A DNA stretch of 12,677 bases from Candidatus Hodarchaeota archaeon (GCA_016839785.1 JAEOTQ010000149.1:1-12677); one strand, 5' to 3'. Positions 1 through 8,349 are shown, numbered from the stretch's first letter. The notes: generated from the letters alone by a model not told the origin. Numbers and translations are program-made.

Positions 1-57
1 AATTAACTCTTTCTGTTGTTCATAATATAATTTTAACTGATCACTTGAGTCCGTCAT
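1..57 (-). CDS. 5' end of a CDS running off the left edge (MTDSSDQLKLYYEQQKELI...), function unknown
   Basis: ATG at 57 on the minus strand opens 19 stop-free codons to the window edge. GGTGA (minus strand, 69..65) lies 7 nt upstream and an in-frame TGA lies just further upstream. Not in the ORF track because it is truncated. Confidence 0.6.
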   Translation of the reverse strand, partial: MTDSSDQLKLYYEQQKELI

Positions 58-351
58 CTCATATTCACCAAGAATTCATGATTTAATTGGGTGCGAAACT
101 CTTAAATTCGCTTATAATAAGGAAGATTCTCATTCCAAGTGTTTCTATGAATATTTAGTATTTTTTATACCAATCTACGCAAATAAGACTGTTTTTAATA
201 GCTTATCTCTTACTAAGTGATTGAAGATCTTTTTAGATTTTTCCAAGGTAGGAAACCTATGATGAATGTGTCATGACTTTTAAAAATAGAAGAATGGTTA
301 ATTGAGATAACCCCTTTCAATTTTTTTTATGACACTAACAGAGTTGAATAT

Positions 352-870
352 ATGGACTTTTTTGAAACCATCATTAAAAATAAGAGATATAATTCTTTCC
401 AGTCAGAAGAATCTCTTAATCATGATCAACTAAAACAATTACTAGCTTGTGCTCAGTTGGCTCCCTCTCTGAGTGACATTCAGAACTTCGCATATATAAT
501 CGTGACTGATCCCAGTTTAAAATCGGTAATTTCTGAAAAAATTGCGAACAATAAAATAGATATTATTAATGCGGCAGTGATATTTGCTGTTGTTGTCGTG
601 CGTGATGAAAAAGACGATAAAAATATTATTGATGCAATAATTGCAAGTAATCAATTGATGCTGGCCGCTACATCAATAAATTTGGGAACGAATCTAATAG
701 TTGATTTTGACGAATCTGTTGAAGAAATACTAGGACTTACTGCGGAATTGTCCATTGTCGGGTTGATTCCAGTTGGCATAGCAGTAGATAAAGGGCATCA
801 GGGCCTGAAACGATCTATAGTTGATTTGGCCTTCCATAATTCAATAAATACTAGATTTAGTTTTGATTGA
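352..870 (+). CDS. Nitroreductase-family (FMN-binding fold) protein with degenerate motifs
   Basis: N-terminal 'TIIKNKRYNSF...LKQLLACAQLAPSLSDIQNFAYIIVTD' follows the family pattern I..RRSxR.F...L..Il.aA..APS..N.QPW.FivV.D. Later 'DAIIASNQLMLAATSINLGT' and 'ILGL...GLIPVG' match the family core. Confidence 0.85.
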   Translation: MDFFETIIKNKRYNSFQSEESLNHDQLKQLLACAQLAPSLSDIQNFAYIIVTDPSLKSVISEKIANNKIDIINAAVIFAVVVVRDEKDDKNIIDAIIASNQLMLAATSINLGTNLIVDFDESVEEILGLTAELSIVGLIPVGIAVDKGHQGLKRSIVDLAFHNSINTRFSFD

Positions 871-1301
871 TTTTATCAATTGTATGCGGGGAAATCATCC
901 TGGTTCAAAAACGTCATTTTCTTATCGTCAAAATTGAAGATGAATATTTTTCGATAGAGTCAGAAGTTATTGATTCAATAGAAGATTACAACAATGTCAT
1001 TTTCAATGAAGATATGAGTGAATGCCTTACAGGAAATTTAACTGACTGGAATGACGGATTAAATGTCCTTAAAACGAGTAAAAACAATAATTTAAATGAA
1101 ATAGGAGATAATGAAAAAAAATTAGCACGCCTGGTTATTCTAAATGAGAAAAAGAAGAAAATACGAATAGCCCTGTTTGTGAATTCCATCTTAGGTGTAG
1201 TTACAAACTCCGAGGAAGGTAAGAGATTGATTAGTCAGCTTTATTTGGTGAAGAAGGCTAGACTGTCAAGATTTGATATTACAAATGTTTTTATTACATA
1301 A
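867..1301 (+). CDS. CheW-like domain protein (divergent)
   Basis: 'HFLIVKIEDEYFSIESEVIDSI' resembles the CheW N-terminal strands and 'LVILNE...IALFVNSILGVV' resembles the CheW 'iiv....GLlVD.V.gV' motif. The TTG start overlaps the upstream TGA stop (TTGA); the true start is uncertain. Confidence 0.6.
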   Translation: MILSIVCGEIILVQKRHFLIVKIEDEYFSIESEVIDSIEDYNNVIFNEDMSECLTGNLTDWNDGLNVLKTSKNNNLNEIGDNEKKLARLVILNEKKKKIRIALFVNSILGVVTNSEEGKRLISQLYLVKKARLSRFDITNVFIT

Positions 1302-1339
1302 TCTTCTACTACGAACTATATACAGAGGGTCTTATCGTC

Positions 1340-2791
1340 TTGGAAATTAGACAGACGAAAGTTTTTTGCTTTTTTGAAAAAATGAAAGATCTAGAATCTT
1401 TCTTTCTTAGTGATCTCGCCCAATCTGATATTCTACGATGTATTTTTTCAATTAGCGCGGAAGGAAAAGCGCCTGTAGGATTTCAAGCACAAATAATGGA
1501 AAAATATGACGTAGAACTTCTAGAAATACCTTCTAAAAGACGGATAAAAACATTTCAACCTTTACTAATGGAAAAAATGAATCTTTGTCTTTCTAACGTC
1601 CCGAAATCATCACAGGGGATTCATATTTTTCTTGACTATTTAAATGTAAAATTACCTACAAAACAAATATTGACTATTATTGACTCTTTTGAATCCTTTC
1701 TCATTAAAAATGACTTCCAGTATACTATCTATGCAATTTTTAGTGAGAAACAAGTATCAAAACAGCAATCCCGACAGTTAGTTGTAACATTTCCATATAT
1801 ATGCCTCTCTCCATCTCAAATCTACCCAAACTTCTTCTATGATGATGGTTCTAAGAAAAAGTTTCCAGAATCACTTAGAGAGTTATATCAACCTATAGAG
1901 ATTCTAATAAAGGAAGTAAAAGCAGAAAAACTCGAAATAGAAAGATTAGAAAAGGAATATTTTCAAATATCAACTCAACGCAACATTTTAGAATCAACAC
2001 TTTCATTTTATTCCGCCCAAGAGGAATCATCCAGTAATTCCAATGGAGTTCCCGCAGATTTAATCTCATTAATGGAATTTCATTCTCTAAAACAAAAATA
2101 CAATCAAAAAACCCAAATCCTTTCAACGGTCATCCATGATTTAAAATCTCCATTGGCATCGATTCAGGGTTATTCAGAAGTTATTCTTCATGGAATGTCT
2201 GGACCTATTACTCCAGAAATTAAAAAACAACTTGGAACCATCATAACCAATACACAACGTCTCGCTCGCATGGTTGACAGTCTCCTTGAGTTCGAACAGT
2301 ATGATCGCTCAACTTACATCGCAGAAAGAGAGACATTTGATCTAATTACAGTACTCGAAGATGCTAAAATGGCGGTTCTTCCTCAGATGATACATAGGGG
2401 TCAAAAAATATCTTATTTTGTCCCAGAATCATTAGAAATAGTAGCAAACAAAGAATTAATTGTAAGAGCCTTACAAAATCTACTGGATAACTCAATTAAA
2501 TATTCTCCTCAGGAAAGAGGCCATGTAGAAGTATATGTGGAGGAGAAAAAAGCAGGAAAGCGGAACATAGTAATAATTACAATTCGTGACAACGGTTTTG
2601 GTTTCCGGAAAGCTGATTTAAAAAGAATTTTTCAACCATTCTCTCGATTCGAGACACATTCCAAATCTACAGGTTTAGGATTGTCTATTACAAAAAAAAT
2701 TATTGAAGAAATTCATGGGGGAAAAATCAGCATAGAATCTCCCGGCAGAAATAGAGGGAGTTCTGTAAAAATTATATTGCCCAAGACGTAG
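1340..2791 (+). CDS. Soluble sensor histidine kinase (HisKA + HATPase_c) with an N-terminal MEDS-like domain and coiled-coil linker
   Basis: H-box 'STVIHDLKSPLASIQGY' (H266), N-box 'ALQNLLDNSIKY', G1 'IRDNGFGF', F-box 'IFQPFSR', G2 'STGLGLSITKKII..HGGKI'. No obvious transmembrane segment. TTG start. Confidence 0.93.
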   Translation: MEIRQTKVFCFFEKMKDLESFFLSDLAQSDILRCIFSISAEGKAPVGFQAQIMEKYDVELLEIPSKRRIKTFQPLLMEKMNLCLSNVPKSSQGIHIFLDYLNVKLPTKQILTIIDSFESFLIKNDFQYTIYAIFSEKQVSKQQSRQLVVTFPYICLSPSQIYPNFFYDDGSKKKFPESLRELYQPIEILIKEVKAEKLEIERLEKEYFQISTQRNILESTLSFYSAQEESSSNSNGVPADLISLMEFHSLKQKYNQKTQILSTVIHDLKSPLASIQGYSEVILHGMSGPITPEIKKQLGTIITNTQRLARMVDSLLEFEQYDRSTYIAERETFDLITVLEDAKMAVLPQMIHRGQKISYFVPESLEIVANKELIVRALQNLLDNSIKYSPQERGHVEVYVEEKKAGKRNIVIITIRDNGFGFRKADLKRIFQPFSRFETHSKSTGLGLSITKKIIEEIHGGKISIESPGRNRGSSVKIILPKT

Positions 2792-2876
2792 CAAAGTAAG
2801 TTACAGAAGTGAAGATAATAGGGAAATAACCTAATCCTTAAAAAAGATCAAAATAATTCTTGGATGGGATAAATAA

Positions 2877-3209
2877 ATGACAGGAAATCCTCTAAAACAA
2901 CTCGAACAAGAGTACATTCTTCTTATACTTCAGTACTTACATTTGAATCCCCGAGGGAAAACTTTTAGTCAGATATGTGCATCAATCGAACACGATGCAA
3001 ACCCTAAAAAAGTCACAGCTAGCCTTAAAACCCTTTCTTCAATTGGACTAGTTTATGAGATTAAAACTGAAGATAATACAGAAATACTGTACGTATTATC
3101 AAATCGGGGGCGTTATGCAAGTGAGATTGTTTGGGATCTATTTCGTATTATTCTTAACCCACATGAGACTGATGAGGACGATCCTGGGCTACTAGATTTC
3201 TATCGCTAA
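2877..3209 (+). CDS. Winged helix-turn-helix protein (HxlR/ArsR/MarR-like), probable transcriptional regulator
   Basis: 'ILLILQYL...GKTFSQICASI...NPKKVTASLKTLSSIGLVYE......ILYVLSNRGR' follows the wHTH pattern ending in Y.LT..G. Confidence 0.8.
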   Translation: MTGNPLKQLEQEYILLILQYLHLNPRGKTFSQICASIEHDANPKKVTASLKTLSSIGLVYEIKTEDNTEILYVLSNRGRYASEIVWDLFRIILNPHETDEDDPGLLDFYR

Positions 3210-3319
3210 TTAATTTTAGGAGATATCTTCTTTTCTGGGAAAAATTCCTTTATCTTGTACTATCATTTTCCAGAATTCGCTTAAACAAAGATATTAACAA
3301 TAGCTCTACTCTGTGCATT

Positions 3320-4321
3320 ATGTCTTTTGCAGATCCAAAAATGCAAGCGCTGTTAAAAAAGCAGAAATACCAAATATCAGGAAAAAATACGGCTGTTAAG
3401 AAATGTAGGTGGACTCATAATTCGTTACGAGAAGATAGGTATTGTTATAAGCATTTTTACGGCATCAAATCACACCAATGTATTCAATTTTCACCAGTAT
3501 TAATTTGTAACTTTCTCTGTAAATTCTGTTGGCGAATACATGAATCTGATATTGGGGTTGAAAACATGTTCAGAAATTATGATCCACAGGATCAGGAAAA
3601 TCTGAAAGAAATTTTTGACTCCCCTAAAGATGTTGTAGATGCTTTGTTCGTGAGCCAACAGAAAATTATATGCGGTTACAAACCCTACGTTGCATCACAG
3701 AAATACGATGAAGCAATGAATCCGAAACATGCGACATTGAGTTTGACGGGAGAACCATTTCTTTATCCATGGATCCCAGAATTAATTCAGGAGTTAAAAA
3801 AACGAGAATTGACTGTTTTCATCGTTACTAATGGGAGCGTGCCTAGTACATTACAATCAATATTAGAAAAGCGAGCATATCCAACTCAATTGTACATCAC
3901 TCTTCCTACACCTGGAGTAGAAAATTTCCTAAAAGTACATAGACCTCTTGAGAAGGAAAAAGCCTTAGAAAATATTTATAAAAGTTTAAGGATAATAGGA
4001 AAAGGTGTACCTTTTCGTACAGTTGCGCGGTTAACTGTGGCTGAAGGATTGAATCTTATCGATCCAGAAGGGTATACAGAAATGATAAGTGGTATGATGA
4101 AACCATCTTTTATTGAAGTGAAGGGAGTAGTACATGTAGGAGCAGCTGAAAAACGATTACCACGTACAGCAATGCCCACACATTCTAGAATTGTGAATTT
4201 CGCCAAACAACTTGAAAAATTGACTGGATATAAAATCGTTGCAGAATCTGAAGTTAGTCGATTGGTTATATTATCTAATGAAACTGCTCCCCTGTTGATA
4301 CCTGATTTGAGTAGAGAATAG
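3320..4321 (+). CDS. taw1: 4-demethylwyosine synthase Taw1/TYW1 (radical SAM tRNA-Phe modification enzyme)
   Basis: Radical SAM motif CNFLCKFC followed by WR. Family-specific 'AVKKCRWT', 'CYKHFYGIKSHQCIQFSP', 'PKHATLSLTGEP', 'FIVTNG', 'PTQLYITL', 'FIEVKG' and 'MPTH'. No flavodoxin domain, so it is the archaeal form. Confidence 0.95.
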   Translation: MSFADPKMQALLKKQKYQISGKNTAVKKCRWTHNSLREDRYCYKHFYGIKSHQCIQFSPVLICNFLCKFCWRIHESDIGVENMFRNYDPQDQENLKEIFDSPKDVVDALFVSQQKIICGYKPYVASQKYDEAMNPKHATLSLTGEPFLYPWIPELIQELKKRELTVFIVTNGSVPSTLQSILEKRAYPTQLYITLPTPGVENFLKVHRPLEKEKALENIYKSLRIIGKGVPFRTVARLTVAEGLNLIDPEGYTEMISGMMKPSFIEVKGVVHVGAAEKRLPRTAMPTHSRIVNFAKQLEKLTGYKIVAESEVSRLVILSNETAPLLIPDLSRE

Positions 4322-4475
4322 CGATACAATTCTAATGTTACTCTGAATCCTGTTGTTATTTCGTAAAGCTACTATTGACCAAATAATTCAAATCCACCAA
4401 ATCTATTACTTTTCGAATACTTTTTTAGGAGGATACAGAAAAAGATAAACTAAGGTATGAAAAGGGGAATTACTC

Positions 4476-4679
4476 ATGAAGTTAGCTGAAAAAACCATCG
4501 ATTCTACAACTGGCCTTAAGATGAAATCTGGTGCAATAGTTGAAGTACATGTCATTCATAGCGAGAACAGCGATGAAAAAAGCTTAATGATAAAAACCGA
4601 TGACGGAGTTCTCTCCCTTGATCAAGATGATATCTATAGTTTCATGGACCTCTTTAGTAAGTTCTTAGAAAGCTTTTAA
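4476..4679 (+). CDS. Small hypothetical protein (67 aa; predicted beta strands plus a C-terminal amphipathic helix)
   Basis: ATG preceded by purine-rich AAGGGGA. Fills the gap in a plus-strand gene run and resembles the N-terminus of the next gene. Confidence 0.75.
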   Translation: MKLAEKTIDSTTGLKMKSGAIVEVHVIHSENSDEKSLMIKTDDGVLSLDQDDIYSFMDLFSKFLESF

Positions 4680-4699
4680 TTATTTAGGATTGATAGATT

Positions 4700-5689
4700 A
4701 TGGATGTTGAGTACCAAAAAAAGGAAGTAACTTGGTGTTTAGATCGTGTTGGTCCAAGAATATGTCTAAAAGCAATCGCGATAAATGATAAACTTAAGCA
4801 ACTCGAAATGACGAGTGATGAATTCAAATTAACACTCGAAAATGATGAAGCTAGGGAATTTCTGGGAATCATTCAGAACATTGTATCTACGAAACCAGAA
4901 ACTATTCCTTTGCCTGTACCTGAAGCTGAACCGAGTCCTCTTGAGGAATTTATTGAGAAACCTATAGAAAAACCTATTGAAATAGCTGTTGAGACACCTG
5001 TAGAAGAATTTCTCCCAGTTCCAGAAACAAAAGAGGTTGAACCAAAAACTGCTATAAAACTTGATACTGCAGAAATTTTAGAAGTATTAAAACAGTCTGA
5101 AAGTAGTGTAGAAGAAGAGAGGATTTCTTTCAGGAAAAAGTTTGCAGAAAATGAAGCTCTTGCGAAGGAGACTACTCCGCAATTACAACCAGAACAGGAG
5201 ATAGAGGAATCAGAACTGGGTATTTCTATTGAAGAAAAAGTCAGACCTTCAGAGATTTTTAAAGAGAAATTAGATACAGCATCATTTTTCCGTGAAGTAG
5301 AAGAGAAATCCCCTCTTGAGCAGTTGCTAGAGGAAACAGAAGATCGTACTGAAGATTATACAACAGTAGATCCTCCAATGTCTGATACAAGGTCAGTATA
5401 TGAGGAAGAAGGAAGCTTACCAGAATCAGATTCTACAGTCCCCTTTAGTCCAGATGATCTGGATTCTTCTTCTTTCCTAAGTAAATTTAGTTCTAAACCA
5501 TTTGAACAGGAAATAGAAACTAAAAAAGAAGAATCGGTAGAAAATATAGTAGATCCTGATCTCAGTCAGCAGGATACTGAATCTGTTCAACAATCCGGCT
5601 TTCAAACCGAGGAAGATCGAAAAAAGGAAATCGAGCGAGAACGAGCGGCTAGAAAAAAGCGACTATGGGAGCTTACACGCGGTTTTTAA
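4700..5689 (+). CDS. Hypothetical protein: about 62-aa N-terminal globular domain, long acidic Glu/Pro/Ser-rich disordered region, basic C-terminal helix
   Basis: 329-codon ORF with AGGA upstream and strong Glu/Pro/Ser enrichment from about aa 63 to 300. Ends in 'EEDRKKEIERERAARKKRLWELTRGF'. Confidence 0.85.
   Translation: MDVEYQKKEVTWCLDRVGPRICLKAIAINDKLKQLEMTSDEFKLTLENDEAREFLGIIQNIVSTKPETIPLPVPEAEPSPLEEFIEKPIEKPIEIAVETPVEEFLPVPETKEVEPKTAIKLDTAEILEVLKQSESSVEEERISFRKKFAENEALAKETTPQLQPEQEIEESELGISIEEKVRPSEIFKEKLDTASFFREVEEKSPLEQLLEETEDRTEDYTTVDPPMSDTRSVYEEEGSLPESDSTVPFSPDDLDSSSFLSKFSSKPFEQEIETKKEESVENIVDPDLSQQDTESVQQSGFQTEEDRKKEIERERAARKKRLWELTRGF
4952..5011 (+). repeat. Degenerate 12-bp in-frame tandem repeat (IEKP IEKP IEIA VETP VEEF)
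   Basis: attgagaaacct / atagaaaaacct / attgaaatagct / gttgagacacct / gtagaagaattt, read directly from the sequence. Confidence 0.65.
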
Positions 5690-5737
5690 ACTTATTTTTA
5701 TTTAAGATTATTTTTTGATAGTTCTCAGTGATTTTAT

Positions 5738-6940
5738 ATGGTAGACTCTAATATTACAAAGCCAGATATTGCCATCGTTTGTCATGCATATCAGCCACCA
5801 AATCAAACCCCAGAGGTTTTGGAAAGGATTATCCATAATTGCTACTTGCCAGTAGCAAACATGTTAGAGGAAAATCCAGAGATAAAAATTACCCTGAACT
5901 TTAATGCGAGTCTCAGTGAAATACTCGAAAATGGATATTCAAACATTATTGAGAGGTACGCAAATCTAGCAAGAAACGGACAGGTAGAATTTCTGGAATC
6001 AGGTGCTTATCACCCAATTTTACCTTTACTATCAGAAAAAGAGGCTCGTTTCCAGATAACCTTGAATCACCAAATGAATTTAAGGATATTTGGTTCTGTT
6101 TGGCATCCAGTAGGTTTTTGGCCTCCTGAATTAGCGGTGTCACCGACATTACTAAACCAGATAGAAAACCTAGGGTATCAATATTCAATAGTGCCAGAAA
6201 TTTCTATTAGGTCAAATAGTAACCATCCTACCCCGCTATTTGAGAAAATACCAACCCATACTTCTGCTTCAAATCTAGCACTAATTTATAGGAATCGGGA
6301 ACTTTCAAATAATCTGTCATTTAAGCGATATCCAAATGTTAGCAATTTTATGGAGCATGTAAATCTTTTAAAAGCTAAACAACCCCAAAGATCGGTTCTT
6401 ATCATGGCTACGGATTTGGAAACATTCGGAGAACATCATGCGGGTTACGAAATATTTCTAAAACATATATTAGAAAAATCTACTGTTCATACAATCAAAG
6501 ATATATTGAATTATCCTCGTGACAGAATTGAGAAATTTAGCGAAAGTAGTTGGAGTACATCAGAAGAAGATCTTTATAGGAACATTCCGTACCCTCTTTG
6601 GGCGTTTCCTGGTAATTCAATTCATGAAATCTTGAATTTCCATTCTGACATTCTATCGGAAACACTTGATTTTCTCCTAAGATCCAAGGATGAGAGTATT
6701 TTTGAGGTACGTCAGGCGTTAAAGGAAGTAGCTAAGGCACAATACAGCTGTCAAACATGGTGGGCATCTGCAAAGGATCATTTCAGTAAGGATCTAATCT
6801 TAAAAGGATTCGAAGAACAGAAAAAAGCGTTAAATATTACTTTAAAGGCGATAGGATCTGATTATCCTAATTCGATAATAAAAGCAACTTCCAACAGGCT
6901 TGAAGAACGTTTAAAACGTTACTTACAAAGAATAATGTAA
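5738..6940 (+). CDS. Glycoside hydrolase family 57 protein (alpha-amylase/amylopullulanase-like)
   Basis: GH57 conserved regions: 'HAYQP', 'GQVEFLESGAYHPILPLL', 'GFWPPELAVS' (nucleophile Glu), 'ATDLETFGEH' (acid/base Asp) and 'AQYSCQTWW'. Confidence 0.92.
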   Translation: MVDSNITKPDIAIVCHAYQPPNQTPEVLERIIHNCYLPVANMLEENPEIKITLNFNASLSEILENGYSNIIERYANLARNGQVEFLESGAYHPILPLLSEKEARFQITLNHQMNLRIFGSVWHPVGFWPPELAVSPTLLNQIENLGYQYSIVPEISIRSNSNHPTPLFEKIPTHTSASNLALIYRNRELSNNLSFKRYPNVSNFMEHVNLLKAKQPQRSVLIMATDLETFGEHHAGYEIFLKHILEKSTVHTIKDILNYPRDRIEKFSESSWSTSEEDLYRNIPYPLWAFPGNSIHEILNFHSDILSETLDFLLRSKDESIFEVRQALKEVAKAQYSCQTWWASAKDHFSKDLILKGFEEQKKALNITLKAIGSDYPNSIIKATSNRLEERLKRYLQRIM

Positions 6941-6966
6941 GAAGCGTGAGGAAGGATTGCTTAAGA

Positions 6967-8349
6967 ATGTCTCAGAAAGAAACAGGTCTAAAACTACTGA
7001 GGTATCTAATAGATTATAAAACCGTTAATAATCCAGGAAAAGGTCAATTTCCTGATTCGAATGTAATATCTTTTGTACAAGAAAGCCTTCTTCACTGGAA
7101 CTCTGAAATAAAATCTAAAATTTTTGAAACAGAAAACTATTCATCCATATATATGGCGAGCGATTTAACTACTCCTAAGGATATTGTTTTTCTTGGGCAT
7201 CTTGATGTTGTTCCAGTTACAAGTGAGTGGGATTCTAATCCGTTCGAATTAACAATAAAAAACAAAGTATTGGGTTTTGGGAGAGGTTCCAAAGACTGCA
7301 AAGGGTCTGTTGTATCCGCTCTTTTATTTATAAAAAAGATAAATGTTAATCGTAAAACAGATTCGTTAGTAAATAGAATTGGTTTATTCCTTTCAACAGA
7401 TGAAGAAAGTGGAGGGCAATATGGTGCTAAGGAATTCTTTGAGTATGCGAAAGAAAACAGTATTCTTCCAAAGTACATAATTAACGTTGATGGAGGTCCA
7501 AAAGTAGTTTTCAAAAGACGAGCAGGATTTAACTTACGATTGAAAGCCCCACCATTAATTAAAAAAGCTACAGCGACCGTGAAAGAGGAGGAGTTTAGCA
7601 CTAGAATAATGTTCGATAATAATCGACATAGTGCTTATTTTGTACCAGGAGTAGATTCTCATGCTCTACTGTCATTATCTAAATATCTCCACATTAATTC
7701 TCATGTAAGAATAAGTGCAATTTCCGGGGAGTGGGTAAAAGGAAACGTGATCCCAAGCAAAGTACAAGCCAAAGTTTTGGATTCACGCGCCAAATCAAAT
7801 CTGAAACAACTATTCAGCTATGATGAGAATTTAACAAAAATACTACGCTTACTACGTAGGATTGTCTTAATAAACATAATTACGGAGAAACCAAGTGAAT
7901 TTGGGGTAACTGTGAATCCAAACATTTTAACATACTCTGCTACAAAAGGAACCGAGCTACAATTCGATGTTCGGGCTTTCCTATCGCCTAAAGATAAAGA
8001 ACAGCTAATAAGCGCAGTTAGTAATTGTATTGGAGACTTAGCTAGTCAATTCAAAATAGAATGTAGGGGTTCCTCTGGTTATTTCTATACCGATCCTTCT
8101 GATCCACTTGTCTTAACTTCGACCGAGGTCATGAAAGAATACAACTTAATGGATGAAGATGAACTTCCTAAAGAGCAAGAAGGAGCATCAGATGCCCGTT
8201 ATGCGACAATGTTTGGAGTACCTGCAATTGATATTGGTCCGAAAGGAGGAAATATTCATGGAGACAACGAGTATATAGACTTAGAGTCAATGATCCAATT
8301 TTCTTCTATCTATGAAGATATTGTAAGGAGATTACTGATCAAAGATTAA
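6967..8349 (+). CDS. M20/M25/M40 family metallo-hydrolase (ArgE/DapE-like peptidase or deacylase)
   Basis: Metal-binding and catalytic motifs 'GHLDVVP', 'GRGSKDCKG', 'TDEESGG', 'GASDARY' and 'GPKGGNIHGDNEYI'. I prefer the ATG at 6967, with purine-rich GAGGAAGG upstream, over the GTG at 6946. Confidence 0.92.
   Translation: MSQKETGLKLLRYLIDYKTVNNPGKGQFPDSNVISFVQESLLHWNSEIKSKIFETENYSSIYMASDLTTPKDIVFLGHLDVVPVTSEWDSNPFELTIKNKVLGFGRGSKDCKGSVVSALLFIKKINVNRKTDSLVNRIGLFLSTDEESGGQYGAKEFFEYAKENSILPKYIINVDGGPKVVFKRRAGFNLRLKAPPLIKKATATVKEEEFSTRIMFDNNRHSAYFVPGVDSHALLSLSKYLHINSHVRISAISGEWVKGNVIPSKVQAKVLDSRAKSNLKQLFSYDENLTKILRLLRRIVLINIITEKPSEFGVTVNPNILTYSATKGTELQFDVRAFLSPKDKEQLISAVSNCIGDLASQFKIECRGSSGYFYTDPSDPLVLTSTEVMKEYNLMDEDELPKEQEGASDARYATMFGVPAIDIGPKGGNIHGDNEYIDLESMIQFSSIYEDIVRRLLIKD

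Noticed and set aside
259-305. Possible C/D box sRNA (ATGATGA C-box at 259-265)
   Set aside because: No canonical CTGA D or D' box at suitable spacing; a single 7-mer is expected by chance in AT-rich DNA.
268-335. 7-bp inverted repeat GTGTCAT ... ATGACAC in the divergent intergenic region
   Set aside because: Too short and widely spaced, with no target-site duplication or second copy to support a MITE or structured RNA.
986-1189. Minus-strand 67-aa ORF
   Set aside because: Antisense shadow of the CheW-like gene; its Phe-rich sequence simply mirrors A-rich codons.
1893-2126. Minus-strand 77-aa hydrophobic ORF
   Set aside because: Lies entirely antisense within the histidine kinase and has no recognisable motif.
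3976-4329. Minus-strand 117-aa ORF
   Set aside because: Antisense shadow of the well-supported taw1 gene.
4684-4872. Minus-strand 62-aa ORF
   Set aside because: Antisense to the 329-aa gene; Ser-rich composition is typical of shadow frames.
5690-5737. Possible TrmB operator upstream of GH57 linking it to the TrmB regulon
   Set aside because: Only a half-site (GTGATT) is present, with no matching left arm at N5 spacing.
5946-6188. Minus-strand 80-aa ORF
   Set aside because: Antisense to the GH57 catalytic region.
7137-7601. Minus-strand 154-aa ORF
   Set aside because: Antisense shadow of the M20 peptidase with no motif of its own.
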